This document shows positions 13,130 to 26,440 of a stretch of 64,000 nt of DNA, piece after piece; the first letter of the stretch is position 1; every line of letters starts with the position of its first letter. The stretch spans positions 15,600,818 through 15,664,817 of the forward strand of contig NC_081384.1 in assembly GCF_030684315.1 (NCBI RefSeq). Direction: 5' to 3'. The notes below the pieces were generated by a model that saw nothing but the letters and a program-made list of their open reading frames with translations, made no database searches and had not been told where the DNA came from. Position numbers and translations under genes: made by a program. The DNA comes from Stegostoma tigrinum (taxonomy: Eukaryota).

Positions 13130-14458
13130 AATAAGTACTTAGGTTCAATATTCATCCACGAAAAGGATAAGAAGAATAGTGAGATTTTGCGAAGAATGCT
13201 CATATGCTAGGGCATCTTGAGATCAAGAAAGAGGTGGTGTTGAGTATCTTGAAGAGCATTAAGGTGGATAATACACCAGGGCCCATTCCAGGAAACTATA
13301 GACTGGTGAGTCTCAAGAGTGATTAGGAAGCTACTGAAGAAAATTCTTAGGGGTAGGATTTACACACATTTGGAAAAGCATTGCTTAATTAGGGATGGTC
13401 AGGATGGGTTTGTTCGGTCATGGTTCAGCAATTTGATTGAATTTTTCAAGGAGGTGATTAATGATGTTAGAGCAATGGATGTTGATTACATAGATTTTAG
13501 TCAGGCTTTTGACAAGGTCTGTCATGGCAGCCTCGCCCAGAAGCTTAAGATGCATGGGATCCATGGTGACTTGGCCATATGGATACAGCTGGATATAGAT
13601 TAGCTGCAGATATGGGTGGAGGAGTGGCAGATGGAGTTTAATCCGGGTAAGTGTGAGGTGCTGCACTTGGGCAGGTCAAATGATAAGGAAAAGTATAGAC
13701 TTAATGGCAGACCCTAAACAGCATTGGTGTACGAAAGGATCTTGGGGTTCAAGTCCATAGCTCCCTGAAAGTTGCCACACAAGTAGATAGGGTGGTAGTG
13801 AAGGTGTATAGCATGCTCATCTTTATTGGTCAGGAAACTGAGTACAAGAGTCAGGATGTCATGTTGCAGCTTTACAAGACTTTGGTTCGGCAACATCTGG
13901 ACCATTGCTTTCAATTCTGGTCACCACAATACAGGAAAGATATGAAGGGCTTTGGAGAGGGTGCAGAAGGGGTTTACCAGGATGCTGCCTGGATTAGAGG
14001 GTATGAGCTGTAAAGGAGAGGGTAGAAAAACTTGGATTGTTTTCTCTTGAATGGCAGAAGTTGAGGGGAGACTCGACAGAAGTCTGTACAATTATGAGTT
14101 GCACAGATGGGATTGACAGTCAGAATCTCTTCCCCAGAGTTTAAATATTTAATACTAGGGGCATGCATTTAAGGTGAGAGGGTCAAGTTCAAAGCAGATG
14201 CAAGGGGCAACTTTTTTTTTAAAAAAGCACAAAAAATGGTAGGAGTCCGGAACATGCTGCCAGGGGTGGGGGTGTTGGAGGTAGATACGAAAGAGGCGCT
14301 CAAGGGATTTTCAGATAAATTAATGAACATGCAAGGATTGGAGGAATGTGGGCCAAAGGCAGGCTGAAGGGATTTGTTTAATTTGGCCTCATGCTCGGCA
14401 CAACATCATGGGCTGAAAGGTCTGTTTCTGGGCTGTATTGTTCAATGTTCTATGCTAG
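13130..14458 (+). mobile_element. CR1-clade LINE with internal deletions
   Basis: YIDFSQAFDKVCHG, MLQLYKTLVRQHLDHCFQFWSP; tail ttgttcaatgttctatg. Confidence 0.9.
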
Positions 14459-14591
14459 AATATCAGGCTGCTAATCTGACACCCAAAACAGGAAGAGTTG
14501 GAATTTCCTCCAATTAAATACTCAAAAGATTGAAGCCAATATTTTTAGTTCCAGTTCCAAACTCTGCTCCATAACAACCAACTCACCCCTC

Positions 14592-14709
14592 AGAGATAGT
14601 AGGAACTGCCAATTTGCTGAAGGGTCCAGACCCGAAACATCACCCTTCCTGCTCCTTCGACACTGCCCAGCCCACCACGTTCATCCAGCTCTACATCCCG
14701 TTATCTCTT
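14592..14709. mobile_element. short Penelope-like terminal-repeat insertion with 13-bp TSD
   Basis: Direct repeat caactcacccctc at 14579-14591 and 14710-14722; degenerate hammerhead motif ctgaagggtccagacccgaaacatc. Confidence 0.7.
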
Positions 14710-15094
14710 CAACTCACCCCTCTCCCTGGCAAGTAGGAGATTAAGCCAGTTTGCTCACAACCATGGTATCATAAAGATCTTCAGCAAAGTTTCCAACTTC
14801 ATGTTCATGTCATCACCAAGATCATCTAATTCCAACTTTGAAGCATTGCTGAACTTCACCCCATCTCACCTATTTGCTACTCCCACATTCCACACTGTAA
14901 GCTTGAAGTTATTCAAAATTCCACATGTTTGAACATGCATCAAGTCCAATTACCTACTGCCCCTCTGTCACAGGCCTGGTCATATTGTTGCAGTCAAGCA
15001 ACATCTTAATTTTAAAATTTGTTCCTTGTTTTCAAATCCTTCTGTGGCCTTGGCCCTGAGGATTCTGCAAGTAACTCACCTCCCACCTTTACAC

Positions 15095-15421
15095 GATTAG
15101 ATTAGATTAGATTCGATTCCCTACAGTGTGGAAACAGGCCTTTCAGCCCAACAAGTCCACACCGCCCCTTGATATATCCCATCCAGACCCGTGGCCCTAT
15201 AACCGACACACCGCTGAATACTACGAGCAATTTAGCATGGCCAATCCACCTAGCCTGTACATTTTTGGACTGCGGGAGGAAACCGGAGCACCTGGAGGAA
15301 ACCCACGCAGACACGGGGAGAATGTGCAAACTCTGCACAGACAGTCGCCCGAGGCTGGAATCGAACCCGGGTCCCTGGTGCTGTGAGGCTGCAGTGCTAA
15401 CTAATGAGCCACCATGCCACC
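15095..15421 (-). mobile_element. HE1-type V-SINE with (TCTAA)n tail
   Basis: tRNA-like head near 15420, V-domain, and gattagattagattag tail at 15095-15112. Confidence 0.9.
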
Positions 15422-15475
15422 CCGATGTAGCGCAGCAACTCACCAAGGCTCCTAGACAGCTGTTCCCAAACCATG

Positions 15476-15572
15476 GAATAACAAGATGTACAGCTGGATG
15501 AACACAGCAGACCAAACAGCATCAGAGAAGCAGGAAGGCCGATGCCTCGGGCCTAGACCCCCCCCCCCCCCA
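15476..15572 (-). mobile_element. Penelope-like element 3' terminal fragment
   Basis: Same sequence as the terminal repeat of the GIY-YIG elements at 23098-24346 and 42584-43455. Confidence 0.7.
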
Positions 15573-15944
15573 AAACCAAGACCTCCACAACCTAGAAGGA
15601 CATGGAGAATGGACAAATGGGAATAATACCATGTGAAGGTTCCTCTCGAAGCCACACTCGATCCTGATTTGGAAACATATTACCATTCCTTCAGCATGAT
15701 TGGGTCAAAATCCTCAAACTATACCCCACAGCACTATAGATGTTTAACACCACATAACTGGCAGTGGTTCAAGGCAACAGTTCACTACCACTTTGCTCCA
15801 GGGCAACTGCGGATGGATATCGAGGAGTCAAATCATAAAATAAAATTTTTTTTAAAACCCGCTGCACTGTCCCCATCAAACACCCACAAGAAAGAGATAG
15901 TACAGGGTTTAAATAAAAGTTACCTTCGGTTCCTGCATATCTGC

Positions 15945-16685
15945 ACACCACCTCACGCTCCCATCCCCTCTCTCCCCCAACTCTCACTGGCAGTCCCCTC
16001 TCTCCCTCCTACTCTCTTTCTCGCACACCCCACACCTGTTGTCTCCCCAATGCTCTTGCATGCACACCTCCCCCCACTCTCTTGTGCATGGGCTGACCCT
16101 ACTCCCTCTCCGCTCCTCTCCCTCACAAACGCTGCCTCTACTCTCCCCACTTCTCCCTGGCGCACGCCCCTCACCTCCCTTCTCCACTACTACCTTGTAT
16201 GCGTGCCCCCTGTCGCCTACTCTCTCACACACCCCCTACCCTCTTCCTCCCCCGTCTCTCACGCACACGTACTGCACTCACACTCTCGTGCATGCGCCCT
16301 CTCTTCTCCACCCCCACTCCCACTCCCACGTGCCAAACCGTGCCCCCCCCGAGACTCACCCCCACTCCCTTGCATGTGCTCCTCCCTGCTCTAAAGCACG
16401 TGCCTCTCCGCGCTAATGCACACGCTAAGGCATTTGCAACCACCTCTTCACTCCCTACCAGCACTCGTGTGCCGGCGGACCCCGGTTCTCTTATGGATTC
16501 CCCTAATCACTGTCATGCGCACCTTCTCTCTCCCTGCCTCCCTCACTCATGCATGTCCCATCTCTAGCACTCCTTTCGTCCCAACTCTCCTGCACGCACG
16601 CCACCCCTCTCTCTCACACAAGCGTCCGTTCCCCCCCACCCCCCCAAACACACTCCTACCTACTCTCTCCCCTCTTTGTCTCATG
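15945..16685. repeat. C/T/CA-rich low-complexity tract (G-rich on minus strand)
   Basis: Strong strand asymmetry with recurring cactc, ctccc and cacgc words; yields spurious Pro/Ser/Leu ORFs. Confidence 0.75.
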
Positions 16686-17289
16686 CATGAACATATTACA
16701 TTAAAAGTTTTCTAATCCTCTGGAACTTTTCCACAACTAAGGAATCTTGGTAGATTTCTATTCGTACATCATCCATCTCGAGATACATCGGATGCATCTC
16801 ATCAGGGGAACAGAACTAAAGTAGTTTTAGCACCACAGATTTCCCTAGCTATAGCTACTGTATTTATTTTCTCTTCCTTTTGCCCTTTGATTATTTATTA
16901 ATTTTGGAACATTATTCGCGCCTTCTATTGTGAAGATCCATTTATTCAGCTTCTCTACCATTTCTTAGTTCCATTTTGGCCTGGCTCTCTCCTTCTCTAA
17001 GGGATTATTACAAATATCATGACAGCAGGTCATATTTGGTTCAGCTCATGGTAACCATATTCATAAACGTTGGTGGATGTTAGCCTGTGATGCCGAAACA
17101 ACTGAAGTGAATTTAATGTAAACAGAAATGAGTCAGTAGAGACAGTCATTAGAAAAAATAAGACAATTAGTTGATTAAATGGGTGGGAGGGAAGGGAGAA
17201 AATCAAACTTAGCATTGGTTATAAATAGCTTAAACCAGGACAGGCCATATGCACTTGCACACCTGCCTTCTTCTTAGTCCCTTCGGATT

Positions 17290-17680
17290 GTAGAGGCCTT
17301 GCTTTTCCTTCAGTGTGACAGATTCCAAGTAGGCTGGTAAGTCCAGTGTGTTCTGCAAAATATATGGCAAGTTGTGCCTGAAATGCGGGTTTGACATAAT
17401 TGTTTGAAGGTTTGTGTGCTTCCTTCAATTTCTCAACTTTGCAATTGTATGTTCCCAATGGAGTTTCTCAACATGTTTTAATGACATCTTTAATAAGCTA
17501 TCTCCACTTTGGTTTTCCTTGAGTTAGCGAGTATTTTTGACTTCAAGGAATTTTTGGAGGTCATTCTTAAAGCATTTACACTGATCTCCTGGGAGCCTTT
17601 TGCTATGACAAATAGAACAGTTGCTCTGCCTTAGAACCCATACAAATGACATGACAGTCCTTGTGGCATCATGATTGTGC
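17290..17680 (-). mobile_element. decayed RTE-like LINE C-terminal remnant
   Basis: Minus-strand HVICM...QLFY...KRLPGDQCKCFKNDL resembles the RTE motif GHV-RM...QLLY...KR-GGQ-KRFKD-L. Confidence 0.45.
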
Positions 17681-17979
17681 CTCCATCTGACTGGAGTTTG
17701 AGTCCCACATGCTCCAAAGGTAGGTTATAACGTGCCGGAGTCTCATAGTGAGAGAACACTGCTGTTAGTCTGCCTTTCTTGCGACCAAATTCAGAGGGAC
17801 TTCACCCTTCGAAACTTGGAATGATTGCAGTACAGGAGGCCATTCAGCCCATCATGCTTGTAACAACTCAGTCACAATTGAACAGATTTCTTTCCTTCAG
17901 GTAATTATTCAGGTCTGTTTTGAAAGCCACGATTGGATAACCTCGATCGATAACAACTTGCTGCCCAAAGAAAGGGAGC

Positions 17980-18191
17980 TCTCTTCGCCGCCGACTTTTG
18001 CCGTAGACCAACTGGAACCAGTTTCCAGAACATACCAAGGTCTCCGGATGACGTCACGGCGGCGATGCAGTGACGTGTGTGATGATGTGGCGGCCGGGCG
18101 TAACGTCAGGTGCGCCGTCCCCACAAGATGGTGGTTGTCTTCCGGATGCTCTGAACCTGCAGTGAGATCTGATCGTGTTAAGTGGCTCGGG
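17980..18191 (+). promoter_or_regulatory. RUNDC1 CpG-island promoter/5' UTR with CRE and YY1-like sites
   Basis: Perfect CRE tgacgtca at 18049-18056, related sites tgacgtg (about 18071) and taacgtca (about 18101), YY1-like caagatgg (about 18124). Confidence 0.65.
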
Positions 18192-18572
18192 ATGGATGAC
18201 ATATCTCTCTCGGACTCTGAGAGATTGGCTGGGGAGCGCTGGGCGCCCGTCGGTGCGGTGGCCAGCCCCGAGGAAACGGAGAAGGCGGTCATCCCACCCG
18301 AGGTAGGCCTGGTGTGCGGCGGCGCTACCGCCGGAGTGGCAGTGATGGCGGAGAAGATGCAGCGGCTAGAGAGCGAGCAGGAGCTGTTGAACTCGTCGCT
18401 GCTCGCCCTCACCTCCCACTTCGCCCAGGTGCAGTTCCGCCTCAAACAGATCGTCAACGCTCAGAGCGACGAGAAGGAGCGGCTGCTGAAGGAGCTGGAG
18501 GACTTCGCTTTCAAAGGCTGTCCGCAACCATTTATCAGCCGGGCTGTGGACGGGCAGCACCTGGACAGTGCG
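18192..18572 (+). CDS. RUNDC1: RUN domain-containing protein 1, exon 1
   Basis: MDDISLSDSE...GERWAPVGAV...EQELLNSSLLALTSHFAQVQFRLKQIV...LEDFAFKGCP; donor gcg|gtaagg, phase 0, 381 nt. Confidence 0.93.
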
Positions 18573-18885
18573 GTAAGGGGCATCATTTTCACTCCACCTA
18601 CTGCAGAATCCACTTTTTATATAAAAGTCTATTTAAATTTGAATGCAGTGGAAGAAATTGACTTAAGTCCACGAATTTTCGGATTTAAAAGTGATAGGAA
18701 GCTGGCAATCATAACCAACTACTAACAAATCAGATATGCTGAAACTCATCTCCAGGGTGGCAAGATTATGGCCCGTTTCTCTTCTGCCTCTTGTCGTCTA
18801 CCCCCTTCACCCCACCCCCATCTTATGTTTCTAGTTTGTAGTTTAGTATGCCAAATCAGCCAACCTGACCTAACTCAAGTTGTAT

Positions 18886-19051
18886 ATAGATAAGTGTGGA
18901 GCTGGAGAAATACAGCCGGTTGATGTTTCTGATTGACTTCTGAAGAAGGATCCTGACCTGAAATGTCAACTTTCCTGCTCCTCTGCTGCCAGGCCTGCTC
19001 TATTCCTCCACCTCCACACTGTTAGCTCTGACTTAAGCACAGGCAGTTTTT
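18886..19051. mobile_element. older Penelope-like fold-back terminal insertion
   Basis: Opposed terminal-repeat halves, degenerate ctgaagaaggatcctgacctgaaatgtc, flanked by ctaactc(c)aagttgtat direct repeat. Confidence 0.6.
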
Positions 19052-19249
19052 ACTAACTCCAAGTTGTATGATCTTTTATTGATGACTTGCTGAAATAAAA
19101 TGCATGTCATTCAAACATCCAGCCTGGAGTATACTTAACGATGCAACCTTAACAGCCTACTGCATCAAAGAATCCCTCAGATTTCCCACCCCTTTGTGAG
19201 GAAAAAATTCCTTTTCATTCCTGTCCCTGGGTGACCCTTACTCTGTTCA

Positions 19250-20450
19250 TGAAACAAAGGTAGTGCACACATGCAGCAGCTCCAGATTCAGTGTTCATAC
19301 CAGGGATATCCATGGTTGAGTTCTACTTGTTGCAATTTAAAAGAATGATAGATGGTCTCATTGAAACATATAGGATGCTTAAGGGGCTTGACAAGGTAAA
19401 TTCTGAGAGGATGGTTTCCCTCTTGGGAGTATCTAAGATCAGAGAGTGTAATCTGAGAATTAAGGGGTGCTAATTTAAGGCTGAGATGAGGAGGAATTTC
19501 TTGAGTGTTGAGCCTTTGGACTTCCTTACCACAGAAAAGGGACAGTGTCTTTGTGTATATTTAAGGCAGCGATAGACCCTTCCTCGATCAGTACTGGAAC
19601 CAAAGTGGATGTGAAGTGATAATCAGCTGTAATCGTTTTCAATGGTGAAACAGGCTTAAGGGGGTGAATGGCCTACAACCATTCAATAACCTCTGCATCT
19701 ACCCTTTCAAGCTGCCTAAAAGTCTAAGGTTCTCCTCCAACCTTAAATGAGTCTAGGCCCAACTCTCACTAGCAGTGTAGTGGACAGTGAAGAAAGTGAC
19801 CTCACAGTACAGTGCGCTGAGGAGTCAAAGATGGAGCTTAGTTTAGATAAATGTGAGATGCTGCATTTTGGAAAGGCAAGTCAGGCCAGGATGTACACGT
19901 TAATGGTAAGGTCCCAGGGAATGTTGCTGAACTGAGTCCTTTTGAGTGGAGGTTCAAAGTTCCTTGAAAGTGGAGTCACAAGTAGAGAGGATAGTGAAGA
20001 AGTTGTTCAGTATACTTGCCTTTATCAGTCAGTGCACAGATTACAGGAGTTGGGAGGTCATGTTGCGGCTGGACCGGACATAGTATTCCTGTGCTGGTAT
20101 AAACAATGTACAATTCTGGTCTCCCTGCTGTAGGAAGGATATTATGAAACTGGAAAGTGTTCAAACAGATTTGCAAGGATATTGGCAGAGTTGGAGGGTT
20201 TGAGCTTTTGAGGAGAATGGCCTGCTAGACTGGTGTTATTTTCCCTGGAGAGTCAGAAGCCGAGGGGTGACCTTATTAAGGTTTATAAAGTCATGAGGGG
20301 CATGGATAGGGTGAATAGCCATGGTCTCTTCCCTGGGGTGGGGTGAGTCCAGGTCTAAGGTGAGAAGGGAAACATTTAAAAGGGACCTAAAGGACAATTT
20401 GTTTTCATGCACGTGGGTGGTGCATATATGGAATGAGCTGCTGAGAACAG
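19250..20450 (+). mobile_element. two adjacent decayed CR1 LINE fragments in RUNDC1 intron 1
   Basis: GLIETYRMLKGLDKV and DKCEMLHFGK motifs. Confidence 0.75.
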
Positions 20451-23097
20451 TCTTTAACTGTACATATTTCTAAAGTGCTAGTAAATAAGTGAGCCTATGA
20501 ATACTGTCCAATTTTAAAAGTTGCATTTGTCCAAATGTAGCATATTACCAAAAAAAAGCATTTGGACACCCTTCAAAAACCTCACTATCCAAATTGTAGA
20601 AAGATACAAATAATTGCGAGATTGCACCAAACTGTCCCAAATAAACACATTGCCTTAATGATCTGTACAGTTTTTTATGTAATTGAACTTATTTTACAAT
20701 TTTTTTTCTGTACTGGATATGAATTTACACATCAATTCTAAAGGGAATTATGCCATGCTTGTTGCTTTCTTGAATGAATAGATTTAGTTCATTTTAGGAT
20801 GTAACATATATTTCAACAGGATAAACAAAAGAATTATTTTAACCACTAGGCAAGTCAATATTGGCCTTGTGAAAACAGGTGTTTTTGAAGTATGTTTTGC
20901 ATCTTTGCAAATGTATTAAAATTGTAACTGTACATATCGTGAAAGCAAGAGCTTACATTACTGATACTACAAGGTTAAAAGATTAGAAAATCCAATGCAA
21001 AATACTGATAAAGCTGTAAAGCACTGACTTATCAGTCTGCATTTCTGAAAAGGGAAGACAGGTCAAGTGTGCACTTGGCATTTAATATTAAGACAAAAAG
21101 TACTGAAGATGGTTTACTGTTTTGCTGGCTGTGCTCTCTCCTCCATTAAATTATTTGACCATAGTGATAACTGACTACATTGATGTTGGGGCCTTTTACA
21201 AACCTCTATAGGAGATGAGTGACAAATTTTCCATTACTGGTCTTTGTCCTCAATACCAATAACAAAGTAGCCTGCCTACCTTTAGAATTGCTGCTACGTG
21301 TTATACATGTGATATTTGAGATGACATCATAAACCGTATTCAAAAATCTCAAGTGACAGGTTTCTGAAATTATGAATTTTGCTTAATTTGCAACCACTAT
21401 ATTTACATTTGGAAATTTGAGGATTCTTAACTTGCAATATTCTCAATTTGCAATATTCTCTTGGCTAAATAAATAATTCATGAGATACAAATCACCTCCA
21501 AATGGACTGCTTAGGATTGTTGCTGAATAATAAAGTAGACAGTTGCCAATAACTGGTCAATTTTGCAAATGGCTGAGTCTGCTGGTTCGGTTTGCATATA
21601 GAAAGACTTGAAAATTTTATCCATGTAGCATAGTGTAATTTGGAATAAAAAGTTTGATTTAAAGAAGGATAATTCTGAGCAGCAGAAATTTGGAAAAAAT
21701 TTAGTTGCTACTCATTAAAATGGCTCTAATCTTCTGTTTTTGTTCTATTGATCCTGCCTAACCAACAGGAAGGATTGGTAAGTTTATATTCAAAGTTTAA
21801 CGTCTTTATCTAGATTACTGATAATTGTCTTTTATAAGTAATGCAGATAACGAAATATTGTTTTCTTTTTGTTTAAGTATCAGCTTGCCAGGTCATGCAG
21901 CCCTTTTTGAGAGTGAGCTGTCGGTTGAAAAGAGGGAAATTCTCATCACATCTACTTTTTAGCTGTGGTCCTCCTGACTTCAGGAGCCAGCAATCGTTGA
22001 AATCATTTTGATGTGGCAAGATGTTTTGTTTTGTGTTCTGCTGTTAATCAAGTGTAACTGGGTCTTTAACCATCTGAGTACTTATTGCTGAGCAGCAGAT
22101 CTGATACTGCAAAAATTACTTTTGTATTTGTATAATGTTTTAACCTTAATTACTTTTAAATCCCTTTTTAAAACCACCTTTAAAAGGTTTGAGTGAAACA
22201 TTTTAGCATCTGCCTTGATTCCATAATCAAAATGTTATGTTGCATAATGAAAAGGTTTGTCATTTTGATCTCGGTAGTTCTCATTTCGTGTTTGGCCAAC
22301 TGTGGAATTCTTTAGGGATTGGATGTTTGGACAGCGTGTTGACATCCATAGGGCACACAAGGAAATGCCATCACAGAACATTGTAATCATTCAGTTACAA
22401 GAAAGGTAGTGTTTTTGCCACAGATTAATAATTTAACAAAGTAGAAATTTTGCTGCTAAAGAGACCAGATTAACTGAAGTTCAATGAGCCAACTTTGACG
22501 AAAAAGCAACAGATTATTTTGCATGGTTCAAGAACTGCAAAAAATAACGCGTGTCCATTTGGTCCTTGCATAACTTACATGCACATCTGTTAACAAGAAT
22601 TTGCTTGCCCTGTATAATCATGTTCAAAGACCCTTGATGTAAATTACGATAAGTTTTATTTCATGTTAATTTTATCAGACTTTTTTTTTGTTCCTTTGAA
22701 ATCTCCAATTATCAAATACCTTGCTTTGCCTTGTACTACTACAATTTGCAGGGTTTTTAAGCAATTCTTTTAGTCTGAAAATGTCTGCCAGTTTGCTGTT
22801 AGGATGCAAGAGCATTGTCCTAACAATGACTGTTCTGTCTCAAAAGATAAAGTAGGTTACAGGCTGCAGCTTGAAAACCACAACTCAGGACCAAGGCTGC
22901 ATCAATTGGGATGTGTAAATGTGTTTACAAATTGCTGACTTGGTTTGCCCCTGCTGGTACTCACAGCTTGCGCAGATAGGAAGGGCAATGCTGAAGTATA
23001 TTACTTTAATTCTTTGAAAACACAATGGCTATATTTGTAACACCCGTATTGCCCAGCCCTAATTGGGTTTGAACTGAGCACGTCATTTCAGAGATCA

Positions 23098-24346
23098 AGA
23101 TAACAAAATGTGAAGCTGGATGAACACAGCAGGCCAAGCAGCATCTCAGGAGTACAAAAGCTGACATTTCGGGCCTAGACCCTTCATCGGAGAGGATTCT
23201 GAAATAAATAGGGAGAGAAGGCGAGCCAGACTGAAGATGGATAGAGGAGAAGATAGGTGGGGAGGGGATAGGTCAGTCCAGGGAGAATGGATAGGTCAAG
23301 GAGGTGGGATGAAGTTGGTAGGTGGGAAATGGAGGTGCGGCTAGAGGTGGGAGGAGGGATAGGTGAGAGGAAGAACAGGTTAGGGAGGCAGGGACGAGTT
23401 GGGCTGGTTTTGTGATGCAGTGTGGGGAGGGGACGAGCTCGGCTGGTTTTGGGATGCAGTGGGGGAGGGGGAGATTTTGAAGCTTGTGAAGTCCACGTTG
23501 ATACCATTGGGCTGCAGGGTTCCCAAGCGGAATATGAGTTGCTGTTTCTGCAACCTTCGGGTGGCATCATTGTAGCACTGCAGGAGGCCCATGATGGACA
23601 TGTCGTCTGAGGAATGGGAGGGGGAGTTATAATGGTTCACGACTGGGAGGTGCAGTTGTTTATTGCGAACCGAGCGGAGGTATTCTGCAAAGTGGTCCCC
23701 AAGCCTCCGCTTGGTTTCCCCAATGTAGAGGAAGCCACACCGGGTACAGTGGATAGAGTATACCACTTTGGCAGATGTGCAAGTGAACATCTGCTTAATA
23801 TGGAACGTCATCTTGGGGCCTGGGATGTGGGTGAGGGGGGACGTGTGGGGGCAAGTGTAACACTTCCTGCGGTTGCAGGGTGTGGTGGGGTTGGAGGGGA
23901 GTGTGGAGCGGACAAGGGAGTCAGAGAGTGGTCTCTCTGGAAGGCAGACAAGGGTGGAGATGGAAAAATGTCTTGGGTGGTGGGGTTGGATTTTAGATGG
24001 CGGAAGTGTCGGGGGATGATGCGTTTGTATCTGGAGGTTGGTGGGGTGGTATGTGAGGACGAGGGGCGGTTATTGTGGGGGTGGGGTGTGAGGGATGTGT
24101 GCAGGAAATGTGGCAGACATGGTCACCTCTCCACCTATCTTCTCTATCCATCTTCAGTCCGCCTCCTTCTCTCTCCCAATTTATTTCAGACCTCTCTTCC
24201 CCATTCCCCCCCCCGCCCCCTCTGAAGGGTCTAGGCCCGAAACGTCAGCTTTTGTGCTCCTGAGATGCTGCTTGGTCTGCTGTGTTCATCCAGCTTCACA
24301 CTTTGTTACTTGGATTCTCCAGCATCTGCAGTTCACATTATCTCTA
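23098..24346 (-). mobile_element. 5'-truncated Penelope-like retroelement (GIY-YIG endonuclease, Neptune-like) with inverted 5' terminal repeat
   Basis: ORF 23380-23811 VVYSIHCTRCGFLYIGETKRRLGDHFAEY...LGTLQPNGINV; inverted copy of the 3' end at about 24125-24346; 13-bp TSD atttcagagatca at 23085-23097 and 24347-24359. Confidence 0.9.
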
Positions 24347-25199
24347 ATTTCAGAGATCAGTTGAGTCAGCCATGTCACTATAGGTCTGAAGTCACCTGAA
24401 CTGTGTGGACCACTGTTTCCTTCCATAAAGATGGTTTTCAATGACAATTGATGTTTGCTCATGATAACTACCACTGAGCTGATGTGTAATTCCAGATTTT
24501 ATTTATTGAATTTATATTTCACCAGTTGACATGGGGAATTTGAAACCTTGCTCCCAGAACATCAAATTGTGTCTCTTGAATACTAATCCAGTGACATTAT
24601 CAAGATGATGTCACCTTGATAGTCATGTGTTGGATTTGAGGTTTAGGGCTGTAGTCCAACTTAGATTTGTGATACGTATATTCGTGATGGACCTCAGCCT
24701 GGTGGGTGCAGGAAGTTACTGGGTTTAGTGCCTAATCTTAGACGGTACAAATGATTAACCATGCTGAGTCAGGGTGGTGTTTATTGTCCAATACCATAAG
24801 GAACAGACTCAAAGTCAAGGACCGTTAGGTGTATTGTGTACTTCAAAGCTAGAAGGTTTAAAGTTTTACATTGTATGCAAGAGCGCATCATTGTGAAATT
24901 GTAGGAGGATGGATCGTTTTGAGCTTGCATGAAGTTGGATGAGTGAATTAATAACCATGCTAGCATAGAATTGTTGGATGAGGCTATGTTTGTCTCCCCT
25001 GGAATTTCAAGAGGAACAGGGGGAGGGCTAATTTGAACATGGTGAAGCAGCTTTGACGTTACTTCCAGCTTTCTATATTGCATCTCTGAAAATTTCAACA
25101 TTTTCAATTTTTAAAATGAGCATTTATAAAATATCTTGTTTTGAAGCTACCTGCAGTTTCAACATTGAAAGTGTAAAATGCACCAATTTATCTCAAATA

Positions 25200-25408
25200 T
25201 AGTAGGAACTGCAGATGCTGGAGAATCTGAGCTAACAAGGTGTAGAGCTGGATGAACACAGCAGGCCAAGTGGCATCAGAGGAGCAGGAACGCTGACGTT
25301 TTGCGCCTAATATGATTTCTGAAGAAAGATCTCGGCTGGAAACATCAGCCGCCTTGCTTCTCTGCTGCTTGGCCTGCTGGGTTCATTCAGTTCTACACCT
25401 TGTTATCG
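25200..25408. mobile_element. Penelope-derived fold-back mini-insertion with 16-bp TSD
   Basis: Direct repeat caatttatctcaaata at 25184-25199 and 25409-25424; two opposed terminal repeats. Confidence 0.85.
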
Positions 25409-25790
25409 CAATTTATCTCAAATAGCCCCTTTCGCACTGAAAACTTTGCTTTTGCTTGAGATTATTTTTAACCCTGTTTCAAATTTGTGTTTATTACACT
25501 CATCTCTGTAGGATGTAGCTGCACATGTTGTGACTTGTTCACTTTTTTTTATTTTGTGTATATTTCTAACTTAACTAACTTAATCTGCTTTGTTGACAAT
25601 ATGTAATATCCCTGAGTATTGTATTCAATAACACCTGATTTCAAATTATTCTCTGGTTTCTGTAGACTTGCAAATATGTGTTCATGAATAATAAAGCTTC
25701 AGTTTTCCCAGCATTTGGCCAACTTGGATAGAACCTGCGATTGTAATGTGCATTTGAAAATACAATATAATTTTTCTCCCCTTTTCTTAG

Positions 25791-25967
<177 letters not shown>

Positions 25968-26119
25968 TAGAGTTGAAACTCATTGTACAAGAAATGTGTT
26001 TTCTGATGTCATTCATAATCAATTTAGTCTAGTGGCATAGTCAACCAAAAATAACTAATATTTCAACAGCTTTAAAGTGTTTGGATCTGGATCTTTTGTC
26101 AAGACAACCAGAGAAGGCT

Positions 26120-26440
26120 GTGTAGCATCGTGATTCTGGGAACACAGTTTTGAATTCCACCATGGCAAATTGTGAAATGTGAATTCAGTTGAAATTAGCA
26201 GCTAAAAGCTAGACTGTTGGTGACCGTGTAACAATAGTTATTGAAGAAAAACTGTCCTTTTAAGGATGGCAGGTTTCCTTCCCTACCTGGTAACTCCAGA
26301 CCCACAACAATGTGGTTGACTCTTAATTGACCTCAGAAATGGCCTAGCAAGTCATTCAGTTCAAGAGCTGATAAGGATGGGCAACAAATGAAAGCCTTAC
26401 CAGTGATGTCTGCATTCCTTCCAAGAATTGGAAAAAAAGC
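26120..26440 (+). mobile_element. decayed tRNA-derived SINE
   Basis: Shares ccagacccaca(g/a)caatgtggttgactct...aaatggcctagcaag with the copy at 61350-61580; A-rich tail. Confidence 0.6.

Noticed and set aside
15633-16715. Long Pro/Ser/Leu-rich ORFs (up to 253 aa) on both strands
   Set aside because: Artefact of low-complexity C-rich sequence lacking stop codons
17958-18191. In-frame upstream extension of the RUNDC1 ORF (ATG at 18048)
   Set aside because: Overlaps CRE/YY1 promoter motifs and has no recognisable RUNDC1 similarity; open frames are expected in GC-rich islands
17909-18661. Antisense and alternate-frame ORFs over RUNDC1 exon 1
   Set aside because: Shadow ORFs of GC-rich coding sequence
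21432-21461. Short tandem duplication ttgcaatattctc
   Set aside because: Ordinary slippage-type duplication in an intron with no further structure
23614-24225. 203-aa Gly/Val-rich plus-strand ORF
   Set aside because: Antisense reading of the Penelope-like element
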